Shown in pieces: positions 38,906 to 49,960 of a DNA stretch of 64,000 bases (position 1 is its first letter; each line of letters starts with the position of its first letter). The stretch is from Bacteroidia bacterium (GTDB lineage: Bacteria; Bacteroidota; Bacteroidia; B-17B0; Aurantibacillaceae): assembly GCA_044229775.1 (NCBI GenBank), contig JBGASH010000001.1, positions 10,409 to 74,408 of the forward strand, read 5' to 3'. Below the pieces are notes generated by a model. The model was given only the letters and a program-made list of their open reading frames with translations. It searched no databases and was not told the DNA's origin. Position numbers and translations under genes: made by a program.

Positions 38906-40120
38906 TTAAGCATCTAATTCTCCTGCAATAACGTTCATACTACTCATGGTAATAATGGCATCACTCAACATGCTTCCTTTTATCATTTCGGGATAGGCCT
39001 GATAATAAATAAAACAAGGCCTGCGGAAATGTAAACGGAATGGCGCGCGGCCACCATCACTTACTAAATAAAATCCTAATTCACCGTTACCACCTTCCAC
39101 ACAATGATAAACTTCCCCTTTTGGAACATCTGTTTCACCCATCACAATTTTAAAATGATAGATCAAAGCTTCCATGTTGTTATAAACTTCTTCTTTAGGC
39201 GGCAAATAAAAATCGGGAATATCGGCATGTGGTTTTCCATCGGGAATATTTTTGATGGCCTGCTCAATAATTTTAAGCGACTCCCACATTTCCTGTTGTC
39301 TTACCATAAAACGATCGTACGTATCGCCGCTGGTACCAACCGGAACAATGAATTGAAAATCTTCATAAGAAGAATACGGATTCATCACTCTAACATCATA
39401 ATCCACGCCAGCTGCACGAAGATTTGGTCCGGTAAAACTGTATTGCAAGGCCATATCGGCGCTGATAGGCCCGCAATTAACGGTGCGGTCCATAAAAATT
39501 TTATTGCGCTCTAATAAATTGGTGAATTCAGTAAGCGCTTTAGGATATTCTTTTACAAATGACTTAATAAGATCCCATGTTTTCGGCGACCAGTCTTTAT
39601 CCCATCCGCCAATGCGACCAATGTTTGTGGTTAATCGGGCACCGCAAATGGATTCAAAAATGTCGTAAACCTTTTCGCGCCATTGGAAAATATATAAAAA
39701 ACCGGTCATAGCTCCGGTATCTACGCCAATAACAGAATTACAAATAAGGTGATCGGCAATACGCGATAGTTCCATAATGATGACACGCATGTACTGTGCA
39801 CGTTTTGGAATTTCGGCTTTAATTAATTTTTCAACCGTCATGTGCCATCCCATATTATTAATAGGGGAAGAACAATAGTTTAGACGATCGGTAAGTGTTG
39901 TAATTTGATAATACGGACGACGCTCAGCTAATTTTTCAAATGCACGGTGGATATAACCTACGGTTGGCGTAGCTTCATGAATGATCTCGCCATCCATTTT
40001 CAGAATATTCTGAAAGATACCATGCGTAGCCGGATGCGTTGGCCCAAGATTAAGCGTAGAATATTCTTTTTCTTCTATATCCTCGGCAGTAATATTTTTT
40101 ATGTTCTCTTTCTTGCTCAT
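38906..40120 (-). CDS. nuoD: NADH-quinone oxidoreductase subunit D
   Basis: 49-kDa subunit pattern (LNLGPTHPATHG..., C-terminal VIAGELDA). Confidence 0.92.
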   Translation of the reverse strand: MSKKENIKNITAEDIEEKEYSTLNLGPTHPATHGIFQNILKMDGEIIHEATPTVGYIHRAFEKLAERRPYYQITTLTDRLNYCSSPINNMGWHMTVEKLIKAEIPKRAQYMRVIIMELSRIADHLICNSVIGVDTGAMTGFLYIFQWREKVYDIFESICGARLTTNIGRIGGWDKDWSPKTWDLIKSFVKEYPKALTEFTNLLERNKIFMDRTVNCGPISADMALQYSFTGPNLRAAGVDYDVRVMNPYSSYEDFQFIVPVGTSGDTYDRFMVRQQEMWESLKIIEQAIKNIPDGKPHADIPDFYLPPKEEVYNNMEALIYHFKIVMGETDVPKGEVYHCVEGGNGELGFYLVSDGGRAPFRLHFRRPCFIYYQAYPEMIKGSMLSDAIITMSSMNVIAGELDA

Positions 40121-40624
40121 TTATCTTCCAAACATTTTATCGCTTTTATCATCGCGGCTCTGATCTTCTAAAGGATATTCTTTTCTCAATGGGAAAATAT
40201 CCATCTCATCCACATTTAAAATGCGTTTTAAGTTAGGATGCCCTTTGAATTTTACACCAAAAAAATCGTAGGTCTCTCTTTCCATCCAATTGGCGCCGGC
40301 CCAAAGATCAACGGCGGTTGGAATTTCGGGATGAGTGATTGGGAAAAAAGCTTTAACTCTGATCCGATAATTCTTTGGCATGTTGTGTAAATGATAGATC
40401 ACGCCTAAATGTTTTTCGTCGGGTGTTTGTATGCCGGTTAGATCAGTAAGAAAATGAAAATTCAGCTCTGGGTCATTTTTTAAGAAAGAAAGTACCTCGT
40501 GAATTTTTTCTTTATTAATTGTAAAAACAGGAAAATCATAAGATAATTCAGTGTGTTCTACGCTTCCGTGGAACTGTTCGGTTAACTTTTGATTGATATT
40601 ATTTAATAACTCCTGTTTATCCAT
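40121..40624 (-). CDS. nuoC: NADH-quinone oxidoreductase subunit C
   Basis: 30-kDa subunit motif ERETYDFFGVKFKGHP. Confidence 0.9.
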   Translation of the reverse strand: MDKQELLNNINQKLTEQFHGSVEHTELSYDFPVFTINKEKIHEVLSFLKNDPELNFHFLTDLTGIQTPDEKHLGVIYHLHNMPKNYRIRVKAFFPITHPEIPTAVDLWAGANWMERETYDFFGVKFKGHPNLKRILNVDEMDIFPLRKEYPLEDQSRDDKSDKMFGR

Positions 40625-41187
40625 TACTCAATGCCGTAACTATTCATCAGTTTTCTATACTCTTCCGAATTTCTTCTTCGAAGCGATTCGTTCTTTGCTA
40701 ATTCTTTAATTTTTAATAGTCCTTCAATGATTTGTTCAGGACGTGGTGGACAACCTGGCACGTAAACATCTACCGGAATAATACGGTCGATGCCTTGTAA
40801 CACACTGTAAGTGTCAAAAATGCCACCACTACTGGCGCAAGCGCCAACCGATAAAACCCAACGGGGTTCGGCCATTTGCTCATATACTTGTCGTAAGGTT
40901 GGTCCCATTTTTTTGGCGATGGTGCCCATTACCATTAACATATCCGCTTGGCGGGGAGAAAAACTTAAACGCTCAGAACCAAAACGGGCAAGATCGTAAT
41001 CGCTGGCCATGGTTGCCATAAATTCAATTCCACAACAGGAAGTGGCAAAAGGCAACGGCCAAAGCGAATTAGCGCGGGCTAAACCGATAACATCGTTTAG
41101 TTTAGTTGCAAAAAAACCAGGGCCTTCCAATCCGGCAGGACTTTTAGCGATCTCAAGTTTTGTGCGTTTTATAATTTCTTTTCCCAT
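40624..41187 (-). CDS. nuoB: NADH-quinone oxidoreductase subunit B
   Basis: N2 cluster ligands CCGIEF ... GACASSGG ... GCPP. Confidence 0.92.
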   Translation of the reverse strand: MGKEIIKRTKLEIAKSPAGLEGPGFFATKLNDVIGLARANSLWPLPFATSCCGIEFMATMASDYDLARFGSERLSFSPRQADMLMVMGTIAKKMGPTLRQVYEQMAEPRWVLSVGACASSGGIFDTYSVLQGIDRIIPVDVYVPGCPPRPEQIIEGLLKIKELAKNESLRRRNSEEYRKLMNSYGIE

Positions 41188-41215
41188 TTTCTAATTCGTA
41201 TTTCGTACTTTCAAA

Positions 41216-41590
41216 TTATTCTTCCCACTTAATGGCTTTTTTTGAAAGCATGTAATAAAATCCAACCAATAACAGAATGATGAAAGAGAAAACCTCTATT
41301 ACGCCGATCATACCCAGCTCTTTAAAATTAACTGCCCATGGATACATAAAAATTACTTCCACATCAAACAACACGAATAAAATAGCCACCAAAAAATATT
41401 TTATGGAAAAAGGGGTACGGGCGTTCCCTTCACTTTCAATACCGCACTCAAAGGAATCAAGCTTGATCTTTGTTTTACGTTTTGGACCTAAGTAATGCGT
41501 GGCAACCATAGTTGTAACCACAAAACCAAGCGCAACAAGAAACATTAAAAAAATTGGTAAATAAGCGGTAGGCGAATTGGTTAATCCCAT
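41216..41590 (-). CDS. nuoA: NADH-quinone oxidoreductase subunit A
   Basis: ND3-like (FECGIE, FDVEVIFMYPW). First gene of the operon. Confidence 0.9.
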   Translation of the reverse strand: MGLTNSPTAYLPIFLMFLVALGFVVTTMVATHYLGPKRKTKIKLDSFECGIESEGNARTPFSIKYFLVAILFVLFDVEVIFMYPWAVNFKELGMIGVIEVFSFIILLLVGFYYMLSKKAIKWEE

Positions 41591-41665
41591 AACACGATCA
41601 TTAAAATCAAGATGTAAGATTAACTATTTTTATGTAAATCATCAAAGATTTTAGCTAAAAAAAAG

Positions 41666-44600
41666 CTATTGTTTAATAAATTTATATTTAACCGAAATCT
41701 CATCAGATGAAAGGCTTAAGATATACGCCCCATCCGTTAGTCCGTCTAAAAATAACCTGTTCTTTTCACCTTTTAAAGGCACTATTTTTCCGCTTTTAAG
41801 GGTTTGACCAAACATATTGTTAATGTTATAACTTACTTCCTTATCGAAACCAGCTTTAAAACCAATATTTAATGCGTCTTTAGCAGGATTAGGAGAAATT
41901 TCGAGTCCGCTAAAAACCACAAATTCCTTTATGCCCGAAAGACTTACGAAAAATGGCGTTAACGAGGCTTTACATCCAAAACCATTATCTACCCAAACGC
42001 TGTACCAACCATCGCTGGTAATAGTATATGACTGGCCCGTAGCGCCTAATATGGGTCCGCCATTAAAATACCACTGATACCCGGCCGCAAAGTTGCAAGT
42101 TAAAACACTGCCTGTAATAACAACCGTTGGTGTAGGCGGAACAGGCGTAGCAACTACGGTTGCACTACCAATAACCTCACAGGCGCCAATTGCGGCTGTA
42201 TAATTATAAGCCGTTGTAACAGTAGGGGTAAAAAGTGGAGTTGGTCCGGTTTGTCCATCGGGCCAGGTGATCAAAGTAGCATTGGTGTTTACAGTAGGAG
42301 ACCCAACACTTCCAATACAAATACTATCATTGACCGAAGTAGCGGTTGGCGGATTAAAAACCGAAATGGTTTCAGTGTAGGGAGTACTTGTGCCAACAGT
42401 ATTGGTTGAAACCAAAGTAATAGTATATATCCCGGTAGCGGTATAAGTTACACTTGGAATTTGCACCGTAGAAGACGCCGGCGATCCACCCGGAAAACTC
42501 CATGCCCAACTGGTTGGAGAATTGGAAGAAACATCTTTAAATTGAAACGGCACGTTGATACAAGCACTTTTATAAGAATTGGTGAAAAATGCTGTTGGTG
42601 GAGCCCCTGGATTACTATAAAGATCTGTTTCCCATGTTCCACGACCATAGGTTGCCGCCCTTAGTTTCTTTGTTGGATAATAGATCTCCAGATCGTCAAC
42701 AATTACATTGGGAAGTCCGGCCATAAACGGAATCCACGAACCCATACTCATTTCACGGTAATAAACACCAAGATCCGTTCCAACATAAACAATACCCGGA
42801 CTGTTCTTTTGATAAACAATACAATTTGTATGAATATTAGGCAAACCCGTAGAGTAATTGGTCCAGGTTGCGCCACCATTGTTAGAATAAAATACTTTGT
42901 TGCCTGCAGAATAGCCCGATAAAGTGATATATACATTATTAGGATTGGTGTTATCGATCGCGATTCCTGTAATTTCGGCCGTGCCTACCGGTAAGTTTGA
43001 GGTAATATTTCCCCAGGTAATTCCGCCGTTGTTTGTTTTGAATAATGAACTGAATCGAGCGGCATAAATGTAATTGGTGTTTGACGGTGAAACAGCAATG
43101 TGTTTAATAGGTCCTCCGCCATTAATTGTACCCAGTTGGGTCCACGAAGCACCCTGACTATTAGTTTTAAAAACCTGTTCGTACCCACAATAAAATACCG
43201 TTTGACTTAATGGATCCTGAACAATTGGCGCGATCCAGTCGGCAGAGCCGCTTAAACCATTTGTGATCTGGCTAAAGTTAGCACCACCATCATTTGAAAA
43301 ATAAAAAGCGCCATAATATATAGATGCAACCAGGTTATTATTATTGCCCCAGTCCACAAAACAATCCATCCCATCACCGCCATAAACTTCTGTCCAGGTA
43401 GTGCCATTTAATAAATTACTACCATTATCCTGATGACCTGTAATAATAACAGAAGGTGAAGAAGCAGAAAGTCCCATTCGGTATTGCTGAGAAATATTCA
43501 TTGTGCCGTTAATCGTGGTCCAGGTTGTGCCGCCATTGGTTGTTCTGGCAATTCCACCATCGGTTCCTGCGTAGCACGTAGTGCCATTTACATAGATAAT
43601 GTCGTGGCAATCGGCATGAACGTAAGGTTTGCCGCCACCGCCATACCAATGTGTGTTAAGTGTCCAGTTAACACCGGCGTCGGTAGATTTCCAGGTATTG
43701 ACGCCCGAACAGATAATTTCATTTTTATTGGTAGGAGAAGCCCCAATAGCCAGATCATACCATCCTTGTCCACCGGTGCCGGATCCGTTGGTGCTCCAAT
43801 CGAAGATATTGGGCGTATTTGACATTATTGTAAATGATGTGGCTGAATTATTGGAAAGGTACAAGCCTCCAAAACCATTACTATTATCACTACCCAACAC
43901 ATAAACGTAATTTTGATCGGCAGGGGTTACGGCTATAGCTGTGCGATTAAGAAATTGAGAGAATGGCAATGCTACGCCCGAAAAACTGGCGCCGCCATTA
44001 GTGGATTTGTAAAAATTTCCACCACCGCAAACGTAAATGGTAGTGGTATCACCCGGGCGGTATTCGGCATCGGTAAAACCTCCCGATAAGGTGAGGCTCC
44101 AGGTTACACCGGCATTCAATGTGCGATAAACACCTATAGAAGTTGCCGCAATAACTTCGTTGGCATTTAACGGGTTGGTTAAAAGTCGCGCGATCTTATT
44201 TGCCTGCATAACGGCCCAGCTTAATCCGGTGGTGTTCCATGTATTGCCTCCATCAGTTGATTTTAAAACGCCCACTGATTTGGTATCGCCCGCATCGTTA
44301 TCGCCGGTAGCCAAATACATAACGTTAGTATTGGTAGGAACAACGGCAATATCCGAAACCCCCAGCGATGGTAACTGATCGGTGTTGGTGGTCCAGGTGG
44401 CGCCGTTATCAACCGAACGCCATAAGCCGCCGGCAGCGGTTCCCACAAAAATTATATTGGAATTACCGGGCATAAAACGAATGCACTGCAAACGGCCGGC
44501 ATCGCCGTTAACCGGAGAGCCATAAGGACCTAACGGTGTCCAGTTAGCAGTTGTGGAACTTGGTGTAGCGGTTTGGTATTTTCCGTGTGGCTGGGCGAGC

Positions 44601-44872
44601 AAATATTTTTGAAATTCTTCGTAAGCTTTGGCCCGGGAAGCATTTTCCATATTACCACTTGGATAAACGCGTGGTTCAACCATGTGCGCCCAGCGTAAAA
44701 ATTGTTTATAACCATGGCCGCGTTCGTAAGGCTGGTCTTTCCAATAAGCATCAAATTCCTTTTTAATATCGTAAAAATTAGCTTTAGGGTCCAGCATCAT
44801 ATCCACCCACTTTTGAGCACTGATCTGAAAAAAACTAATCGTAAAAAGACTCAACAGAACAACCCTTTTCAT
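41666..44872 (-). CDS. Large secreted BNR/Asp-box (sortilin-like) beta-propeller protein with PKD-like domain and T9SS sorting tail
   Basis: Many S.DGG.TW Asp-box repeats. A PKD-like segment (FKDVSSNSPTSWAWSFPGGSP...YTITLV). C-terminus is ISPNPAKDALNI...GAYILSL. Confidence 0.7.
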   Translation of the reverse strand: MKRVVLLSLFTISFFQISAQKWVDMMLDPKANFYDIKKEFDAYWKDQPYERGHGYKQFLRWAHMVEPRVYPSGNMENASRAKAYEEFQKYLLAQPHGKYQTATPSSTTANWTPLGPYGSPVNGDAGRLQCIRFMPGNSNIIFVGTAAGGLWRSVDNGATWTTNTDQLPSLGVSDIAVVPTNTNVMYLATGDNDAGDTKSVGVLKSTDGGNTWNTTGLSWAVMQANKIARLLTNPLNANEVIAATSIGVYRTLNAGVTWSLTLSGGFTDAEYRPGDTTTIYVCGGGNFYKSTNGGASFSGVALPFSQFLNRTAIAVTPADQNYVYVLGSDNSNGFGGLYLSNNSATSFTIMSNTPNIFDWSTNGSGTGGQGWYDLAIGASPTNKNEIICSGVNTWKSTDAGVNWTLNTHWYGGGGKPYVHADCHDIIYVNGTTCYAGTDGGIARTTNGGTTWTTINGTMNISQQYRMGLSASSPSVIITGHQDNGSNLLNGTTWTEVYGGDGMDCFVDWGNNNNLVASIYYGAFYFSNDGGANFSQITNGLSGSADWIAPIVQDPLSQTVFYCGYEQVFKTNSQGASWTQLGTINGGGPIKHIAVSPSNTNYIYAARFSSLFKTNNGGITWGNITSNLPVGTAEITGIAIDNTNPNNVYITLSGYSAGNKVFYSNNGGATWTNYSTGLPNIHTNCIVYQKNSPGIVYVGTDLGVYYREMSMGSWIPFMAGLPNVIVDDLEIYYPTKKLRAATYGRGTWETDLYSNPGAPPTAFFTNSYKSACINVPFQFKDVSSNSPTSWAWSFPGGSPASSTVQIPSVTYTATGIYTITLVSTNTVGTSTPYTETISVFNPPTATSVNDSICIGSVGSPTVNTNATLITWPDGQTGPTPLFTPTVTTAYNYTAAIGACEVIGSATVVATPVPPTPTVVITGSVLTCNFAAGYQWYFNGGPILGATGQSYTITSDGWYSVWVDNGFGCKASLTPFFVSLSGIKEFVVFSGLEISPNPAKDALNIGFKAGFDKEVSYNINNMFGQTLKSGKIVPLKGEKNRLFLDGLTDGAYILSLSSDEISVKYKFIKQ

Positions 44873-45108
44873 AGCAAGATCAATTTTTAGAGCATTAAAG
44901 CTAGCAATAAAGCAATGAAAAACCTATTTAGGCATCTCAACTTTAGCTTAAAGAGGGTTTTAAAGCCACCAATTTCTCAATGTGTTGAAAAACAGGCAGC
45001 AGCGAATTATAGAAAGTTGATTTAACAAAGGCATGTTTATTAAAAAAGGAGAATGCAAAAAATGCAAGCAATTAATAAAATAGTTTTATTGAAATTATTA
45101 TTTAAAGC

Positions 45109-46461
45109 ATGGTAAAAAGTCCCGCTGCTAAAAGTACTGAGAACAGAAAAATATTTGTACTCGACACTTCAGTAATCATCTACGACCACACGGCCATTAA
45201 GAACTTTAAGGAACACGATGTGGTAATTCCGATCACAGTTTTAGAAGAACTGGATAATTTTAAAAAAGGTAACGATACCAAGAATTTTGCCGCGCGCGAA
45301 TTTACCAGGTATCTCGACCGGTTATCAGGAAAAAATTCGTTACAGGACTGGACCAACATTAATGGTAAGTCGCACGGGTATTTTAAGATAGAACTTAAAC
45401 AGCATTCGAAAATTGATGCTTGTAAGGTGTTTGATGAAAAAAAGGCCGATCACCGTATATTAAATACCGCATTATATTTGGCCGAAACCCATCCCGGGAG
45501 GAAAGTGGTGCTTATTACCAAAGATGTTAATTTAAGAATTAAGGCAAAATCGCTGAATTTGCACGCCGAAGATTACGAGACCGGAAAAATTAAAACGGTT
45601 GATGAATTATATACCGGAAAAAGCGAAGTGCAAAAAGTGGCTCACGATAAGATAGCCAATATTTATCAAAAAGGAACGAGTGGTGCTAAGGAAATTTTGA
45701 AAAGGAACGCGGCCCTTCCAAATCATTATTATGTTTTAAAGAACGGATCGCAATCGGTTTTGGCACGCTATAACAAAGAAGATGAAAGTTTCAAGCGCGT
45801 AGTAAAGACCGCAGCCTTTGGCGTCATTCCAAAAAATGCCGAGCAGGCTTTTGCATTAGACGCGATCATGAATCCCGATATAAAACTGGTGAGCATACAA
45901 GGCGTTGCCGGTACCGGAAAAACGTTATTATCATTAGCGGGCGCATTGGAACAACGCCGGAATTATCATCAGATCTATTTGGCAAGACCTATAGTACCGT
46001 TAAGCAACAAAGACATTGGCTATTTACCGGGCGATGTGAATTCGAAATTAAACCCATATATGGAGCCGCTTTGGGATAATTTAAAATACATTCGCAGTTT
46101 ATTTAATGAAAAAGACAAAGAGCACAAGCAACTTAATGAAATGGTAGAGAGTCAGAAGCTGGTGGTTTGTCCTTTAGCTTATATTCGCGGACGAAGTTTA
46201 AGTAACGTGTTCTTTATAGTGGACGAAGCACAGAATTTAACCCCTCACGAAGTAAAGACCATTATTACCAGAGCGGGCGAAAACACGAAGATCATTTTTA
46301 CCGGCGATGTTCACCAAATTGATACGCCTTATCTTGACGCACAAAGTAACGGCTTAAGTTATTTGATAGAAAAAGTAAAAGGTCGGGAGTTATACGCTCA
46401 CATTACCCTTGAAAAAGGCGAAAGAAGCGAGCTGGCAAATCTGGCCAACGACCTGTTATAA
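45109..46461 (+). CDS. PhoH-like ATPase with N-terminal PIN domain
   Basis: PIN-like N-terminus (FVLDTSVIIYD), Walker A GVAGTGKT, DEAQN Walker B. Confidence 0.85.
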   Translation: MVKSPAAKSTENRKIFVLDTSVIIYDHTAIKNFKEHDVVIPITVLEELDNFKKGNDTKNFAAREFTRYLDRLSGKNSLQDWTNINGKSHGYFKIELKQHSKIDACKVFDEKKADHRILNTALYLAETHPGRKVVLITKDVNLRIKAKSLNLHAEDYETGKIKTVDELYTGKSEVQKVAHDKIANIYQKGTSGAKEILKRNAALPNHYYVLKNGSQSVLARYNKEDESFKRVVKTAAFGVIPKNAEQAFALDAIMNPDIKLVSIQGVAGTGKTLLSLAGALEQRRNYHQIYLARPIVPLSNKDIGYLPGDVNSKLNPYMEPLWDNLKYIRSLFNEKDKEHKQLNEMVESQKLVVCPLAYIRGRSLSNVFFIVDEAQNLTPHEVKTIITRAGENTKIIFTGDVHQIDTPYLDAQSNGLSYLIEKVKGRELYAHITLEKGERSELANLANDLL

Positions 46462-46503
46462 AAGTTTTTTTAAACCGGTAAAACGGGCGTATCAAATAAA
46501 TAG

Positions 46504-46511
46504 TATATTTG
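46504..46511 (+). promoter_or_regulatory. Candidate -7 promoter box TATATTTG upstream of gcvH
   Basis: Matches TAnnTTTG, 16 nt before the ATG at 46527. Confidence 0.4.
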
Positions 46512-46526
46512 CCAAAACTATTTAAT

Positions 46527-46907
46527 ATGAATTTTCCGGCAGATCTAAAATACACCAAAGACCACGAGTGGGTAAAAGTAAATGGTAAAGAAGCCTTGGT
46601 GGGCATTACCGATTTCGCGCAAAAAGAATTAGGGGATATTGTTTACGTTGATATTACCGGTCTTGGTGAAACCATCGCAAAAGAACAAGTATTTGGAACA
46701 ATTGAAGCGGTTAAAACCGTTTCGGATCTTTTCATGCCAATAAGCGGTAAGGTGATCGAAGCAAATAAAGACATTGATTCGGCGCCCGAAAGCGTTAATA
46801 ACGATCCTTACGGAAAAGGATGGCTTATTAAAATGAGCGTTGATAATCCTGCTGAGGTAAACGATCTTTTATCGGCCGATGCTTATAAAAAACTAATAGG
46901 AGCATAA
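46527..46907 (+). CDS. gcvH: Glycine cleavage system H protein
   Basis: [10 protein letters not shown] and the lipoyl-lysine context [11 protein letters not shown] prefer the ATG at 46527 over the upstream alternative start. Confidence 0.9.
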   Translation: MNFPADLKYTKDHEWVKVNGKEALVGITDFAQKELGDIVYVDITGLGETIAKEQVFGTIEAVKTVSDLFMPISGKVIEANKDIDSAPESVNNDPYGKGWLIKMSVDNPAEVNDLLSADAYKKLIGA

Positions 46908-46941
46908 GCGGCTGGGACCTTTTCCTGCCAATAAAATATAG

Positions 46942-46968
46942 CCCTTTCTGAAACGGAAGGGTTTTTTT
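46942..46968 (+). terminator. Candidate intrinsic terminator after gcvH
   Basis: ccctttc-tgaaac-ggaaggg imperfect stem followed by a run of seven T. Confidence 0.5.
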
Positions 46969-47367
46969 ATGATTAGAAAATTAATAACGCATCATCCTTA
47001 CAAACTCACCTTTATTTGGGCTTTGATCATTTTTGGTTTGTGTTCAATGCCCGGAAGATTTATTCCATCGCCATCGTGGTTGGAGTTATTGAGTTTCGAC
47101 AAATGGGTACATGCCGGAATATTTTTTGTGTTGGTTAGTTTAGCTTGCGCTGGTATTTTTTTGCACCAACATCCGGGCTATTTTGTATTCGTATACGGTG
47201 TTGCAGCTATAATTTATGGCGGGCTCTTAGAGGTAATGCAGGCAAAAGTTTTTAGCGAACGCAGTGCCGATTGGCAGGATTTTGTTGCCAATTCGTTCGG
47301 TTGTTTAATGGCATTGATCTTTCACAAGAAAATAAACCGCTTTATTTTTAAGGATAGAACTAGTTAA
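46969..47367 (+). CDS. VanZ-family membrane protein
   Basis: Four TM helices. DKWVHAGIFF and LLEVMQ motifs. Confidence 0.65.
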   Translation: MIRKLITHHPYKLTFIWALIIFGLCSMPGRFIPSPSWLELLSFDKWVHAGIFFVLVSLACAGIFLHQHPGYFVFVYGVAAIIYGGLLEVMQAKVFSERSADWQDFVANSFGCLMALIFHKKINRFIFKDRTS

Positions 47368-47522
47368 ATAGAACCTTTAGAACTCCTTCTCACTTTTTTC
47401 TTTTTCATCATACCCGGACAACCAAAACACTTGTTTTTGGTATGGCATTCAGAAAAAAGTATAGCGCCACCCATTAAGCAGGCAAAAAGCAAGATCTTAT
47501 ATCTAAATAGGGGTTTTAACAT
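47364..47522 (-). CDS. Candidate 52-aa small secreted or lipoprotein ORF
   Basis: Hand translation gives MLKPLFRYKILLFACLMGGAILFSECHTKNKCFGCPGMMKKKKVRRSSKGSI. Below the ORF-track cutoff and otherwise unsupported. Confidence 0.2.
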   Translation of the reverse strand: MLKPLFRYKILLFACLMGGAILFSECHTKNKCFGCPGMMKKKKVRRSSKGSI

Positions 47523-47578
47523 GGCGCTTTATTAATTCAAATTTACGCAATTTCTTAGTAACTTAGTAGCATATAAAG

Positions 47579-48322
47579 ATGAACCCGTTTTTCCATATTG
47601 GGCGTTATTTTATGCTGTTGGCTAAGGTTTTTCGGAAGCCCGAAAAATTTTCCATGTACTTCCGGCAGATCATTTACGAGATGAATAGTCTGGGTATTGG
47701 CTCTCTATGGCTCATTGCGGTAATTTCGGTTTTTATGGGAGGCGTACTAACTATTCAGGCTGCTTACAACTTTACTAGCCCCTTAATACCGCTTTACGCG
47801 GTTGGATTAGGAACAAGAGAAGGAATTGTTCTTGAATTTTCGCCAACCATTGTCAGTTTAATCCTAGCAGGGAAAGTAGGCTCAAATATTGCCTCCGAAA
47901 TTGGTACTATGCGCATCAGCGAACAAATTGACGCTTTAGAAATAATGGGAATAAATTCGGCCGGATATTTAATTCTTCCAAAAATAGCCGCCGCCATGTT
48001 CATCAATCCTTTCCTAATTATCATTAGCATGTTTTTGGGAATTTTAGGCGGTTATATTATGGGAATTGGCACCGGCGCTTGTACCTCATACGAATATATT
48101 TATGGTATACAATCCTTTTTTATTCCGTTTAACATTGTTTACGCGTTAACTAAAACCGTTGTGTTCGCGTTTATTATCACTTCTGTTTCGGCTTATCATG
48201 GCTACCATACAGTAGGAGGGGCGTTAGAAGTTGGAAAATCAAGCACCAAATCGGTGGTATATAATAGTATTTTGATCTTAACGTCTAACCTGGTAATTAC
48301 ACAATTAATGTTGGTTAAATGA
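47579..48322 (+). CDS. MlaE-family ABC transporter permease
   Basis: REGIVLEFSPTIVSLILAGKVGSNIASEIGTMRISEQIDALE is the MlaE signature region. Confidence 0.85.
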   Translation: MNPFFHIGRYFMLLAKVFRKPEKFSMYFRQIIYEMNSLGIGSLWLIAVISVFMGGVLTIQAAYNFTSPLIPLYAVGLGTREGIVLEFSPTIVSLILAGKVGSNIASEIGTMRISEQIDALEIMGINSAGYLILPKIAAAMFINPFLIIISMFLGILGGYIMGIGTGACTSYEYIYGIQSFFIPFNIVYALTKTVVFAFIITSVSAYHGYHTVGGALEVGKSSTKSVVYNSILILTSNLVITQLMLVK

Positions 48323-49083
48323 TAGAGATTAAGAACATAACTAAGAGTTTTGGCCCGCGAACCATTGTAGAGGATATTTCATTTAATTTTTACGAAGGGA
48401 AGACCAATCTAGTGATCGGAGAAAGCGGTTCGGGAAAAACCACCATTTTGAAATTAATGGTAGGATTGCATCAGCCTAATAGCGGTTCGGTGCTATACGA
48501 TAACCGTGATTTTACAGCAATGGATTCTAAACAAAAGCAGGAAGTAAGAAAAGAAATTGGCATGCTGTTTCAGGGTGGCGCATTATTTGATTCGTTGACA
48601 TTGGAAGAGAATGTGAAATTTCCGCTCGATATGTACACGCACTTAAGTGAAGAAGAAAAAGAGGAACGGGTTAATTTTTGTTTATCAAAAGTAAAATTGG
48701 AAAACCGTAATTCGCTTTACCCTGCCGAGCTTAGTGGTGGTATGAAAAAACGCGCGGCATTGGCAAGAGCTATTTCCAACAATCCTAAATATTTGTTTTG
48801 CGATGAACCCAACTCGGGTCTCGACCCAAAAACATCCATTGTTATTGATAATTTGATAAAAGATATTACCGAAGAGTTTAAGATCACCACCATCGTTATT
48901 ACGCACGACATGAATTCGGTTTTAGAGATCGGCGATAATATTTTATTTGTACATCAGGGAAGAAATTGGTGGACCGGCACCAAAAAGGATATTTTGCATT
49001 CGGACAATGAAGAGCTGAATAACTTTGTTTTTGCTTCCGATTTTATGCAGCAAGTGTTTAAGGGCAATAACTCAAAACCCTAA
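48319..49083 (+). CDS. ABC transporter ATP-binding protein (MlaF-like)
   Basis: Walker A GESGSGKTT, signature LSGGMKKR, Walker B LFCDEP. Confidence 0.9.
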   Translation: MIEIKNITKSFGPRTIVEDISFNFYEGKTNLVIGESGSGKTTILKLMVGLHQPNSGSVLYDNRDFTAMDSKQKQEVRKEIGMLFQGGALFDSLTLEENVKFPLDMYTHLSEEEKEERVNFCLSKVKLENRNSLYPAELSGGMKKRAALARAISNNPKYLFCDEPNSGLDPKTSIVIDNLIKDITEEFKITTIVITHDMNSVLEIGDNILFVHQGRNWWTGTKKDILHSDNEELNNFVFASDFMQQVFKGNNSKP

Positions 49084-49578
49084 TTCCTTTTTTACTTTCT
49101 CGGTGATCTTTAGAACAGCAGGACAAACCAATGTGTTCTTATAGGTCAGATCGGCCAATTGTACCATTTTTTTGCGATCAGTGTGCGGATATTCGCGACA
49201 TGCGTTAGGGCGGCTTTCGTAAATGGAACAGTAATTATCCGATCCTAAGAATGGACAAGGCGCGCTCTGTAAAACATAATCTTTGTCGGCATCTATTTTC
49301 AAATATTTTTCAGTGAACGAACCGGGCTTTAAGCCAACTGCTTTAGCGGCGCGCTCAATATCTTTTTCATAAAAAATAGGCGATGTGGTTTTACAACAAT
49401 TGGCGCAAGTAAGACAATCTATTTCTTCAAATACTTCTTTGTGGGCCTCGTGAAATAATTCATCAAGGTTATTAGGCTTACGCAATTTAAGCTTATCAAA
49501 AAATCGGCGATTTTCTTTTTTTAAATTTTGCGCTTGTTTATTGAATTGTTGAAGATCCATTGACGTAAAGGTAATCAA
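49072..49578 (-). CDS. YkgJ-family cysteine-cluster protein
   Basis: CLTCANCCKT and CPFL...CSIYESRPNACREYP motifs. Confidence 0.7.
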   Translation of the reverse strand: MITFTSMDLQQFNKQAQNLKKENRRFFDKLKLRKPNNLDELFHEAHKEVFEEIDCLTCANCCKTTSPIFYEKDIERAAKAVGLKPGSFTEKYLKIDADKDYVLQSAPCPFLGSDNYCSIYESRPNACREYPHTDRKKMVQLADLTYKNTLVCPAVLKITEKVKKELGF

Positions 49579-49632
49579 AAGGAGAAGATAATTAATCCGA
49601 CAAAAAGCAAACGAAAATAAATGGAAAGGAAA

Positions 49633-49917
49633 TTATTTCTGAACAATAACGTAAACGTCCTCATTGTCCTTCTTCATCAGGTATTTTTCTCTCGCAAATT
49701 TTTCAAGACTTTCTTTATTCGTGGCCAGCTCTTTTATATCGCTTTTGTTGCGCTGAATTTCGGTGATGTAGTAATCGCGATCGCTTTCGAGCTTGTTTAA
49801 TTTTTGAATGAGCTCACGTTGTGTGAAAACATCGTTCTTGTCAAAAAACAAAAGCCAAACAACAATCCCAATTGTTGTTAAAAAATACTTGTTCTTTATG
49901 AGCTTTAATAAAAACAC
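49633..49917 (-). CDS. Septum formation initiator (FtsB/DivIC-like)
   Basis: Single N-terminal TM helix plus coiled coil. REKYLMKKDNEDVYVI C-terminal motif. Confidence 0.65.
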   Translation of the reverse strand: MFLLKLIKNKYFLTTIGIVVWLLFFDKNDVFTQRELIQKLNKLESDRDYYITEIQRNKSDIKELATNKESLEKFAREKYLMKKDNEDVYVIVQK

Positions 49918-49960
49918 CTTAATTTTATTATACCAAATTTAATCCATAATCCTACTGCTA

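Noticed and set aside
42448-44754. Multiple 60-112 aa ORFs in both strands inside the BNR-repeat gene
   Set aside because: They are alternative-frame or antisense ORFs within a long, motif-rich 1068-aa gene.
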